From: Thermoanaerobaculia bacterium | GTDB taxonomy: Bacteria > Acidobacteriota > Thermoanaerobaculia > UBA5066 > Gp7-AA6 | Direction of reading: 5' to 3' | Assembly (NCBI GenBank): GCA_038319475.1 | Contig: JBBQDF010000001.1 | Coordinates: 1 to 37,934, forward strand | Length of the DNA: 37,934 nucleotides | Shown: positions 1 to 5,904 of the stretch, one piece after another | Numbering within the stretch: position 1 is the first letter of the stretch | Layout of the letters: each line of letters starts with the position of its first letter | Translations under genes and position numbers: made by a program | The notes under the pieces: model-generated | Database searches by the model: none | Told to the model about the DNA's origin: nothing | What the model saw: only the letters and a program-made list of their open reading frames with translations

Positions 1-140
1 GGAAGTACGCTCCCAAATGGGACGTAGCAGACCGTCTCGTCCGTTGTGAGGTTGGCGATTTCGATACTTTCTTCGTTGTTCGGCCCGCTTACGATTCGCG
101 CCCTTGAGGACCACGGACCCGGAGTGTGCTTGACTCTCAT
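1..140 (-). CDS. hypothetical protein, N-terminal part only (runs off the left edge of the window)
   Basis: The ATG at 140-138 overlaps the TGA (139-137) of the upstream ORF as ATGA. The frame stays open to position 1 (MRVKHTPGPWSSRARIVSGPNNEESIEIANLTTDETVCYVPFGSVL...). It is absent from the ORF track because it is truncated. Confidence 0.35.
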   Translation of the reverse strand, partial: MRVKHTPGPWSSRARIVSGPNNEESIEIANLTTDETVCYVPFGSVL

Positions 141-556
141 CCCGGCACCGGCATGTCGCAGTTGTCGCAGGGGAGCGTTTCCTCGCCGAGCCAGCTCGGC
201 AGAGCCAGGGCCTCCGCCCAACACTCGCGGTGCCAGGTCTGATCGAAGAAGGGCCCGACGGGCTCCCCTGCCGTCTCCTCGATCTCCTCGCTGCAGTAAT
301 CGCATGAGATCCATTCGCCGATGTCGTTGCACCGGCAATTCGCAACGGCGTCGTTCCAGCCGGTCGCGACCGAGCCGCAGTGACAGCCACGAAACTCCTT
401 ACTCATCGAGCCCCCCTTCCGGCGCGTCGGGCGACTACGCGTCCTTGCGCCTGTTGAATCAGCGTTGGTGTGAAGCCGAGCCACTTTCGGCCGCGGCGCG
501 GCGTTGGTGGTCCGGCATTGCTCGCGGTAGGCGTCGAGATCCTCGAGTGCACGCAT
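137..556 (-). CDS. small Cys-rich protein (putative zinc-binding), function unknown
   Basis: ORF-track ORF. The C-terminal 89 aa contain nine Cys in paired arrangements (CHC, CRC, CDYC, CDNC). Two candidate starts each have a GGAAGGG-type SD: ATG 556 and ATG 406 (MSKEFRGCHCG...). Confidence 0.5.
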   Translation of the reverse strand: MRALEDLDAYREQCRTTNAAPRPKVARLHTNADSTGARTRSRPTRRKGGSMSKEFRGCHCGSVATGWNDAVANCRCNDIGEWISCDYCSEEIEETAGEPVGPFFDQTWHRECWAEALALPSWLGEETLPCDNCDMPVPG

Positions 557-581
557 GGTGTGCCCTTCCCTGTTGCTGTTG

Positions 582-758
582 CTAGGCGCGCTTCCTGCGG
601 CCGTTCTTGCGCGAGGCGAGGTATTCCTCGATCGCGTACCGGACGACCTGGGCGACCGGCCGGTCCTCTTTTTCTGCGGTGCGCTTGAGCTCCCGGAACG
701 TCGCGGGGCTCACCGTCCCCGTCGCCGTTCGGAATCTCCGTTCCTGTTCTGGATTCAT
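582..758 (-). CDS. ribbon-helix-helix (Arc/CopG/MetJ-like) DNA-binding protein
   Basis: 58-codon ORF below the ORF-track size cut-off, translated by hand: MNPEQERRFRTATGTVSPATFRELKRTAEKEDRPVAQVVRYAIEEYLASRKNGRRKRA, stop TAG at 584-582. The short N-terminal strand followed by two helices is the typical RHH layout. It sits directly downstream of an AT-rich promoter region. Confidence 0.55.
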   Translation of the reverse strand: MNPEQERRFRTATGTVSPATFRELKRTAEKEDRPVAQVVRYAIEEYLASRKNGRRKRA

Positions 759-764
759 GAATGC

Positions 765-793
765 AGCCTAATTCCTCGACGTAGAGAAGTCAA
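765..793 (-). promoter_or_regulatory. sigma70-like promoter for the RHH gene, near-leaderless
   Basis: -35 TTGACT (793-788), 17-nt spacer, -10 TAGGCT (770-765). Only 6 nt separate the -10 box from the ATG at 758. The local sequence is AT-rich within GC-rich DNA. Confidence 0.4.
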
Positions 794-799
794 GAACTA

Positions 800-825
800 T
801 TTGGACGATTTGTCGATTTTGGACG
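800..825. promoter_or_regulatory. phased direct repeats TTTGGACG (800-807, 818-825), candidate operator between divergent promoters
   Basis: Two exact 8-mers spaced 18 bp apart, separated by ATTTGTCGA. They lie between the two -35 boxes and next to the RHH gene. Confidence 0.3.
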
Positions 826-849
826 CTACTGAATCTAAAGGAGTTGCCC

Positions 850-878
850 TTGACTGGCAGGGATGGCGGGGGTATTAA
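850..878 (+). promoter_or_regulatory. sigma70-like rightward promoter, antisense to the leftward gene array
   Basis: -35 TTGACT (850-855), 17-nt spacer, -10 TATTAA(T) (873-879), then an ATG at 884 only 5 nt downstream. The -10 box and the downstream sequence belong to the 35-bp inverted repeat. Confidence 0.4.
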
Positions 879-898
879 TGCTCATGGAAATGGCGAAG
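864..898 (+). repeat. left copy of a perfect 35-bp inverted repeat (partner at 37614-37648)
   Basis: TGGCGGGGGTATTAATGCTCATGGAAATGGCGAAG is read on the + strand here and is identical to the reverse complement of 37614-37648. Confidence 0.95.
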
Positions 899-950
899 GT
901 GGGCCGAAGGAAAAAGCCGGGCGGGTCGAATCCGCAGATCAGGCAACGGG

Positions 951-1151
951 TCAGGTCTTCTTCTCCACGATCGTGGGATTGTGCCGGGGGCGGCAGCGTT
1001 TCGTTTTCGGGCTCGGCCGGCGGCGAGGCTTCTTCGCGTCGTCGTCGTCCGGATCGTCGTCGCCCTCGGGGTCGGGCGGGTATTCGGGCGGTGCGTCGTC
1101 CTCATCGTCGCCTGGGAAATGCGGCGCGGCGGAGATCGGGATTTTCTTCAT
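951..1151 (-). CDS. small acidic/Pro-rich protein with a basic tail, function unknown
   Basis: ATG 1151 is preceded by GAGGTGATAG (SD) and lies 3 nt after the stop of the exonuclease gene. G/C predominates at third codon positions. The product has a DDEDD...DDDPDDDD acidic tract followed by a KKPRRRPSPKTKR basic tract. Confidence 0.5.
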   Translation of the reverse strand: MKKIPISAAPHFPGDDEDDAPPEYPPDPEGDDDPDDDDAKKPRRRPSPKTKRCRPRHNPTIVEKKT

Positions 1152-1154
1152 CTA

Positions 1155-2069
1155 TCACCTCTGGTAGAAGCCGGAGTAGTTCATCGTCCCGCCCCACGGC
1201 TCGACGCGCGCGGCAACCTCGGCGAGCAGCGCCGTGTCTGACGCGCACCGCTCTTCGAGGATGTCGAAGTGAGTCGGCGAACCGTTGAACGCGGCCTGCC
1301 GCCAGACTTCTGCGGGGACGTGCATCTTGGTCTGTTCGAGTCCGAGGAAATCCGCCGCGGCCTCGAGCGAGTTTGAGCCGATGCGCATCTTCGACCGGAG
1401 GATTTGCACCGGGTCGCGCAGCTTGCGCTCGACCGGCGGGAGGCCGTACTTCATCGCAATAGAATTGAGCCACGGGACATCGAACCACTTCCCGTTATGA
1501 GCCCACCAGACGTGGCAGTCTTCGAGGACAGAGAAGACGGCGGTCGCGATCTCGGAGTCGTCGGAGCGGTCGCGTTTGTACGTCTCGAACTGATCGAGCC
1601 GGAAGCGGTACTCTTTCGGCTCGCCGTCGCCGAAGACGAGGATGTTCGCGACGAGCAGGACGCCCCAGCCGCGATCGAGCGCGAACGTCTCTAAGTCGAA
1701 GACGGCGATCTGCAAAGGCGAGCGCGCCGTGGTCAGACGCCACGCGTGATCCTTGAAGGGTTTTCGAAGCTCGGCGGGGTTTGTCGCCTTGCCGGAGGCG
1801 ACGCGCGAGGCGCACGCCTTGTGGCTCTTCTGCTCCGGTTCCTTCTGCGTGAACGTGCCGAGGCAGATAGGGCATTGGAGCTTGTCGCCTGCGGCCCACT
1901 TCTTCTCACCGGGGTCCGCCTGAGGCTCGTAGCCGATCCGGTCAGCAACCTGCTCCGGCGATTCTGTGCCGTACCGCTTCCGGCAGGGCCAGCAGCTTTC
2001 CCCGGACGCGCGGCTAGAGGGGCGGAACTGGGAATCGCATCGAACACACGTTTTTCTCGCGTAGGGCAT
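1155..2069 (-). CDS. DEDD-type 3'-5' exonuclease (RNase H-like fold) with N-terminal zinc-ribbon motifs
   Basis: Exo I IAVFDLETFAL, Exo II WWAHNGKWFDVPWL, Exo III ERCASDTALLAEV. N-terminal CxxC pairs are present (CVRC...CWPC, CPIC). Confidence 0.7.
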   Translation of the reverse strand: MPYARKTCVRCDSQFRPSSRASGESCWPCRKRYGTESPEQVADRIGYEPQADPGEKKWAAGDKLQCPICLGTFTQKEPEQKSHKACASRVASGKATNPAELRKPFKDHAWRLTTARSPLQIAVFDLETFALDRGWGVLLVANILVFGDGEPKEYRFRLDQFETYKRDRSDDSEIATAVFSVLEDCHVWWAHNGKWFDVPWLNSIAMKYGLPPVERKLRDPVQILRSKMRIGSNSLEAAADFLGLEQTKMHVPAEVWRQAAFNGSPTHFDILEERCASDTALLAEVAARVEPWGGTMNYSGFYQR

Positions 2070-2071
2070 CC

Positions 2072-3310
2072 CTATCCTTTCGTTCGGCGCATGAAGAAGG
2101 CGACGATCGCGGCGAGCAGGACGCCCGCGCCGATGTACCAGGGGGCTTTGCTACTTGACCCCGAACCAGCGTCCGGCTTCGGGGCCGGACTCGGTGCGGA
2201 GGTAGGCGTGGCGGTGCCCGTTGGAACTGACGAGGCGGAAGGTGTCGGCGTCGGAGATGGAACGGTCGCGGTCGGAGGCGGCGCAGTGGCGGCAGGGACG
2301 GCCGTCGCGCTCGCGGTAGGCGTCGGCGAGGACGGTATCGGCGTTCGAGACGGGGCCGGTGTAGGCGTCTGGGGAAGCGGCGTCGGTGTGCAGAATAGGA
2401 ATCCTCCGGCAAAACAGGGAGTCGGCGCGGCCGATCCCCCCGCGAATGTTCGCACGGGCGTCGGGCTGGGAGCCGGCCCCGGCGTCGGGGTCGGCGCGGT
2501 CGAAACGGTCAACTGAATCTTGCCCGCCGCGGTGATGGCGATCGAGACGCCGCCCTGGGGGTCGTCGAACCGCTGCCCGGCGTGCAGATCGCCGACGTAA
2601 GCGTTGTAGCCGTCGCGGGTCAGCCGGACCGGATAGGCCGGTGAAGGTTTGGAGGTAACGAACGAATCGAGCCCGATCGCATCGCGACGCTCTACGGTGT
2701 AGAGGTTGCCGTCGGCGCGGGTTACGGAGACGGCCAGGAGCCTGCCAGTGGCGACCTCGAGCGGGGCCAGCTCGAACTCTTGCATCCCGAGCGCGGTCCG
2801 CTGCACGATGACCCGCTGCGCCCGCGTGACGGACCCGAGCTTCTCCAGCTCCCCGAACGTGGGCCAGCCCTGCGAGCCGCCCATGGTCGAATAGCGGTCG
2901 CCGCGTTCGCGCAGCTGACACCGGCCCGTCCCGTCTGAGGCGATGTCCGCAAAGCCGCAGGAGACCCCAGCCGCGTGCGAGCAGAGCAGGTAGACCATGT
3001 GAACGAACTCATGCGTGAGCGTCTCGGGGGAGAACTGCCCGTTGATCCATGCGGTATTGCCGCCATTGCAATCGGCGTAGGCCGATCCGACGTGAACCGC
3101 GCAGGGGATCGCCGGATAAACGAAGACCGTGTAGTCGCCGTCCGCGACTCCAGCAGCCCGCGCGGCGGTCCTGACCGTCCCGTTCCATGACTGGTAATCG
3201 CATTGCTTCGTAGGCGTCGGGGTCGCGAAGTGGTAGGTCGGCGCGATGGCGACCTCGAAGGTGTCCCGGCCGTAGGTGAACGTCGTGAGCCGATCCGCAG
3301 ATTCCTGCAC
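2072..3310 (-). CDS. exported HExxH zinc metalloprotease with a Pro/Thr-rich stalk and a C-terminal membrane anchor
   Basis: THEFVHMVY HExxH motif. A ~110-aa PT-rich low-complexity linker is followed by [23 protein letters not shown] (TM segment plus basic tail). The coordinates use the first canonical start (GTG 3310). The same frame upstream encodes a textbook signal peptide with no canonical start (see findings), so the true start is probably near 3433-3448. Confidence 0.65.
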   Translation of the reverse strand: MQESADRLTTFTYGRDTFEVAIAPTYHFATPTPTKQCDYQSWNGTVRTAARAAGVADGDYTVFVYPAIPCAVHVGSAYADCNGGNTAWINGQFSPETLTHEFVHMVYLLCSHAAGVSCGFADIASDGTGRCQLRERGDRYSTMGGSQGWPTFGELEKLGSVTRAQRVIVQRTALGMQEFELAPLEVATGRLLAVSVTRADGNLYTVERRDAIGLDSFVTSKPSPAYPVRLTRDGYNAYVGDLHAGQRFDDPQGGVSIAITAAGKIQLTVSTAPTPTPGPAPSPTPVRTFAGGSAAPTPCFAGGFLFCTPTPLPQTPTPAPSRTPIPSSPTPTASATAVPAATAPPPTATVPSPTPTPSASSVPTGTATPTSAPSPAPKPDAGSGSSSKAPWYIGAGVLLAAIVAFFMRRTKG

Positions 3311-3441
3311 GATCTTCCGGCCGAACTCACCCTCGAGCGGGGTTGACTTGTCGGAAAAGGATGTCGGGTAGACGACGAGGCGAATCTGCCGCGCGGGCAG
3401 GGCCGCGGCGAGGAGGAAGAGCGCGAGCCCGATCCTAGCGG

Positions 3442-3801
3442 CTAACGTCCACGGCTCTTCGCGACGGTCTCGGCCGCATCGACTCGCACCTTCATGGCAG
3501 CAAACTCGGATTCCAGGCGGACGAGCCGTTGATCCTGCTCCCGGTTGTCGGCCTTGTAGGTGATCGGATCGACGACGGATTCCCGCGTCGCGAAGCGGCT
3601 CATCACGCGGAGCTCGAAGTCCAACATCTTCTTGTCGAGCATTGCGTTGTTGATAACGGACGACGCTCCGAGCGTGGCGGTGACGATCAGCGCGAGCTTC
3701 GTCAGCGTCAGCATCCCCAGGTCGGTGCCGCGCTTTGTCGGCTCTTCTGGCATCCCACTCCTTTTATGGTGGAGGAACTCTTGTGTGTTTTCCGGGCTCA
3801 T
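3442..3801 (-). CDS. membrane-anchored coiled-coil protein (i-spanin/Rz-like topology)
   Basis: TM segment [21 protein letters not shown] followed by a charged helical region ([22 protein letters not shown]). ATG 3801 overlaps the upstream TGA (ATGA). It sits in the lysis neighbourhood. Confidence 0.5.
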   Translation of the reverse strand: MSPENTQEFLHHKRSGMPEEPTKRGTDLGMLTLTKLALIVTATLGASSVINNAMLDKKMLDFELRVMSRFATRESVVDPITYKADNREQDQRLVRLESEFAAMKVRVDAAETVAKSRGR

Positions 3802-4004
3802 GTTTTCGGGTTAGTGGCGTGCGGAAGCTCCTCCAGAATGGAATCGAGCCGTTGTTCCAGCACGCCGTGATCTACGAATAGACGCGAGAGCATCGCGATC
3901 CCTTCCGGGCTGGAGACGATGGTGAGCATCTTGTCGGCGATGCGGGCGTAGACGTTGCCCTCGCCTCCGGCGGTGCTCACGAGCTTCCCCACGTCGATGG
4001 TCAC
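3798..4004 (-). CDS. hypothetical 68-aa protein
   Basis: GTG 4004 is preceded by GAGGGAA and forms a GTGA overlap with the lipoprotein stop. The longer 159-aa track ORF is an Arg/Gly-rich extension that overlaps the lipoprotein gene. Confidence 0.45.
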   Translation of the reverse strand: MTIDVGKLVSTAGGEGNVYARIADKMLTIVSSPEGIAMLSRLFVDHGVLEQRLDSILEELPHATNPKT

Positions 4005-4303
4005 AGGTGTTCCCTCGCTTTCTTCAGGGCGCGCCGGATTGCGGCCTTCTCTTCGCGCGGGAGCTTCCCGATATGGTGCACCTTCCCGGCCGTCTTCAAC
4101 TCGCGCTCCGCGGCGTGGAGATCCGCTTGGAACGCCGCGCACTCCTGGGGGCCCTTGACCTCGACGCAGCCCGCCTCGTAGCGGCCCTCGTGGTACGTGT
4201 ACGCGGCCGCCTGACTCGCGAGGAAATCCTTGTCCGCGATGCAGCCCGTCATGGCGACGAGGAGCAGGAAGAGCCACACGAGCCCGCGTTTGATCCGCCT
4301 CAT
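4001..4303 (-). CDS. lipoprotein (o-spanin-like candidate)
   Basis: MRRIKRGLVWLFLLLVAMTG|C is a signal peptide with a lipobox. ATG 4303 is preceded by GGGGGAG and overlaps the upstream TGA (ATGA). The 455-aa track ORF is an upstream shadow extension. Confidence 0.6.
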   Translation of the reverse strand: MRRIKRGLVWLFLLLVAMTGCIADKDFLASQAAAYTYHEGRYEAGCVEVKGPQECAAFQADLHAAERELKTAGKVHHIGKLPREEKAAIRRALKKAREHL

Positions 4304-4602
4304 CGCTCCCCCGTCTGCTTCTCGATCTCGCGCTGGATGGCGGGTACCACGCTCGACGGCTCCCGGATTGCCAGATTCGTCAGGTCGGGGTTCGCGATCC
4401 GCTTCTCCGCCTCGGACGCTACGAGGATCTTGCTGCTCGCGTGAATGCTCCGATCGAGCCCCCACGCCACGAGCGCCGCGCCGATGTACGCCAGCCCGTC
4501 CGCGATGTTGTGTTCGACGAGCTTCCCGACTCCGAGCAGGAAGAGGCCGGCCGCTCCGATGCGGCCGACCCCCTGCTGGAGTAGAAGCGCGAGTCCAGGC
4601 AG
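4300..4602 (-). CDS. two-TM small membrane protein (holin-like candidate), apparent CTG start
   Basis: Hand translation: LPGLALLLQQGVGRIGAAGLFLLGVGKLVEHNIADGLAYIGAALVAWGLDRS...EKQTGER. G/C predominates at third codon positions from the first codon. There is no ATG/GTG/TTG before the second TM. CTG 4602-4600 directly follows AGGGGGATAG. The first canonical start (GTG) would give a 56-aa product lacking both TMs. Confidence 0.5.
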   Translation of the reverse strand: MPGLALLLQQGVGRIGAAGLFLLGVGKLVEHNIADGLAYIGAALVAWGLDRSIHASSKILVASEAEKRIANPDLTNLAIREPSSVVPAIQREIEKQTGER

Positions 4603-4612
4603 CTATCCCCCT
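4600..4612 (-). promoter_or_regulatory. translation-initiation motif AGGGGGATAG-CTG (copy 1)
   Basis: This 13-nt string is identical to 32066-32078. It reads as an SD-like AGGGGGA, then TAG, then CTG. Confidence 0.5.
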
Positions 4613-5414
4613 ACGACTGGAACGGCGGGCGGGCAGCCGAACGGGTCCGGACGTTGAACTGCTCGCGCGTCTCGCCGGGGCGCGCGTCCTGCGGCCAGCA
4701 GGCAGAGTCGCCGTCGAAGTCCGCCTGAGAGCTCGCACCCTGAGACGCCGGCCTGCCGTCGAGATCCGGCTGAGACTCGCCCGGCCGCCGCGTCGCCGGA
4801 TTCGCCGGATCCACCGGATGCGCCTGAGATCTCGCACCCGGAGACGCCGCGCCCCTCGCGTCGAAGTCCGCCTGAGACTCGCCCGGCCGCCGCGTCGCCT
4901 GAAGCGGCAGATGCGCCTGAGATCTCGCACCCGGAGACGCCGGACCGGGGCCCGGAGCGGCCGGGCCGCCGACGAAGTTGCGTCGCGTCGCCGCGCTCCG
5001 CTCGTCGTACTGAGCCTGAGACTCGCCCGCCTGACGCACGAGAGTTCCCGAGGGTTCCGCCCATGGGGCCGGAGCCATGCCCGTCGGCACCTTCCCCGGA
5101 GTGCCCGGAGGGAACGTGTCCACGTGGGGGCCCGCCGCCAGATCCGCCTCGGCCTTCGCCGCCGCCGCGGCCTCGTCCCGAGCCGCCGACGCCACGACGT
5201 ATTTCTCGGCCGCCTGGGCCAGACCGCCGACGAGCTCGATCTCGGGAAGCTGATTCGGGAAGTAGTTCTCCGCGAGCTTGACGGCCTCTTCGAGCGTGTC
5301 GAGCCCTTCGATGACGGAGATCCGTCCGTCGACGATCGCGTGCTGGATCTCGTTGGCGAGGCCCGCAACCGGCGTATTCGACAGAATCTGAAACAAGAGA
5401 TTCAGGTAGTTCAT
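4611..5414 (-). CDS. hypothetical protein with internal RPGESQADFD-type repeats
   Basis: ORF-track ORF with SD AAGAGG before ATG 5414. Peptide repeats: RQAGESQAQYDER, RRPGESQADFDAR, RRPGESQPDLDGR, ARPGETREQFNVR. Confidence 0.6.
   Translation of the reverse strand: MNYLNLLFQILSNTPVAGLANEIQHAIVDGRISVIEGLDTLEEAVKLAENYFPNQLPEIELVGGLAQAAEKYVVASAARDEAAAAAKAEADLAAGPHVDTFPPGTPGKVPTGMAPAPWAEPSGTLVRQAGESQAQYDERSAATRRNFVGGPAAPGPGPASPGARSQAHLPLQATRRPGESQADFDARGAASPGARSQAHPVDPANPATRRPGESQPDLDGRPASQGASSQADFDGDSACWPQDARPGETREQFNVRTRSAARPPFQS
4770..4941. repeat. in-frame DNA repeats inside the 4611..5414 gene
   Basis: An exact 28-mer occurs at 4770-4797 and 4872-4899. An exact 31-mer occurs at 4818-4848 and 4911-4941. 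Confidence 0.85.
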
Positions 5415-5430
5415 CGGAGCCTCTTTCTGT

Positions 5431-5901
5431 TTAGGCGGTCACGGTATGTGGCACGCCGGGTTCTACTCGGCACTCGAGGTGGGGCCCGTCGGTCCACCCC
5501 GCATCCTTCTTCCCGTCACAGTCCCAGTCCAGGCCGCTGCGTAGCCCGTGCGTCTCGGCGATTGCGATCAGCGGCTCGTAGAACTCGACGTGCGTCCCGT
5601 CGTACCCGGCTCGAGTGAAGACGCCGAGATCGACCGCGTGCGCCGCGACTTCGCCATGCCGCTCCTGCGCCTGATGCCGGCTCTTATGGTTCACCCCGTC
5701 GAGCGTCGTGACGAAGTTGCCCGGCCCGATCGGCGCGAGGGTTCGGCCGACGGCGTAGAGCGCCTGCTGTTCGCGGAGATCCCGCAGCGTGTACACGACT
5801 TTCGCGTGACGCGCGGAGTCGATCGCATCGAATTCGGCGATTAATTTCGGGATGTGGTAGCGGAGGATGGAGCAGGTGAGAGACAGGTCGCGTGATGGCA
5901 T
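5431..5901 (-). CDS. endolysin, peptidase M15 (VanY / L-Ala-D-Glu peptidase-like)
   Basis: SRHQAQERHGEVAAHAVDL matches the SxHxxGxAxD-type zinc site, and the distal PHLE supplies a further His. At 156 aa, its size and its position next to membrane and lipoprotein genes fit an endolysin. Confidence 0.7.
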   Translation of the reverse strand: MPSRDLSLTCSILRYHIPKLIAEFDAIDSARHAKVVYTLRDLREQQALYAVGRTLAPIGPGNFVTTLDGVNHKSRHQAQERHGEVAAHAVDLGVFTRAGYDGTHVEFYEPLIAIAETHGLRSGLDWDCDGKKDAGWTDGPHLECRVEPGVPHTVTA

Positions 5902-5904
5902 CCG

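Noticed and set aside
919-945. T-arm-like GGGCGGGTCGAATCCGC on the plus strand downstream of the rightward promoter (possible tRNA, sRNA or terminator).
   Set aside because: It has only a 4-bp stem and a G at the T54 position. No acceptor, D or anticodon arms can be drawn, and it is unrelated in sequence to the tRNA-like pieces at the right end. On the minus strand it precedes a TTTTT run, but the stem does not abut that run.
4304-5368. Upstream extensions of the track ORFs 4001..5368 (455 aa) and 3798..4277 (159 aa).
   Set aside because: Only the C-terminal parts look like proteins (the lipoprotein and the 68-aa protein, each with its own SD and an overlap-coupled start). The extensions are Arg/Ser/Pro shadow over other genes.
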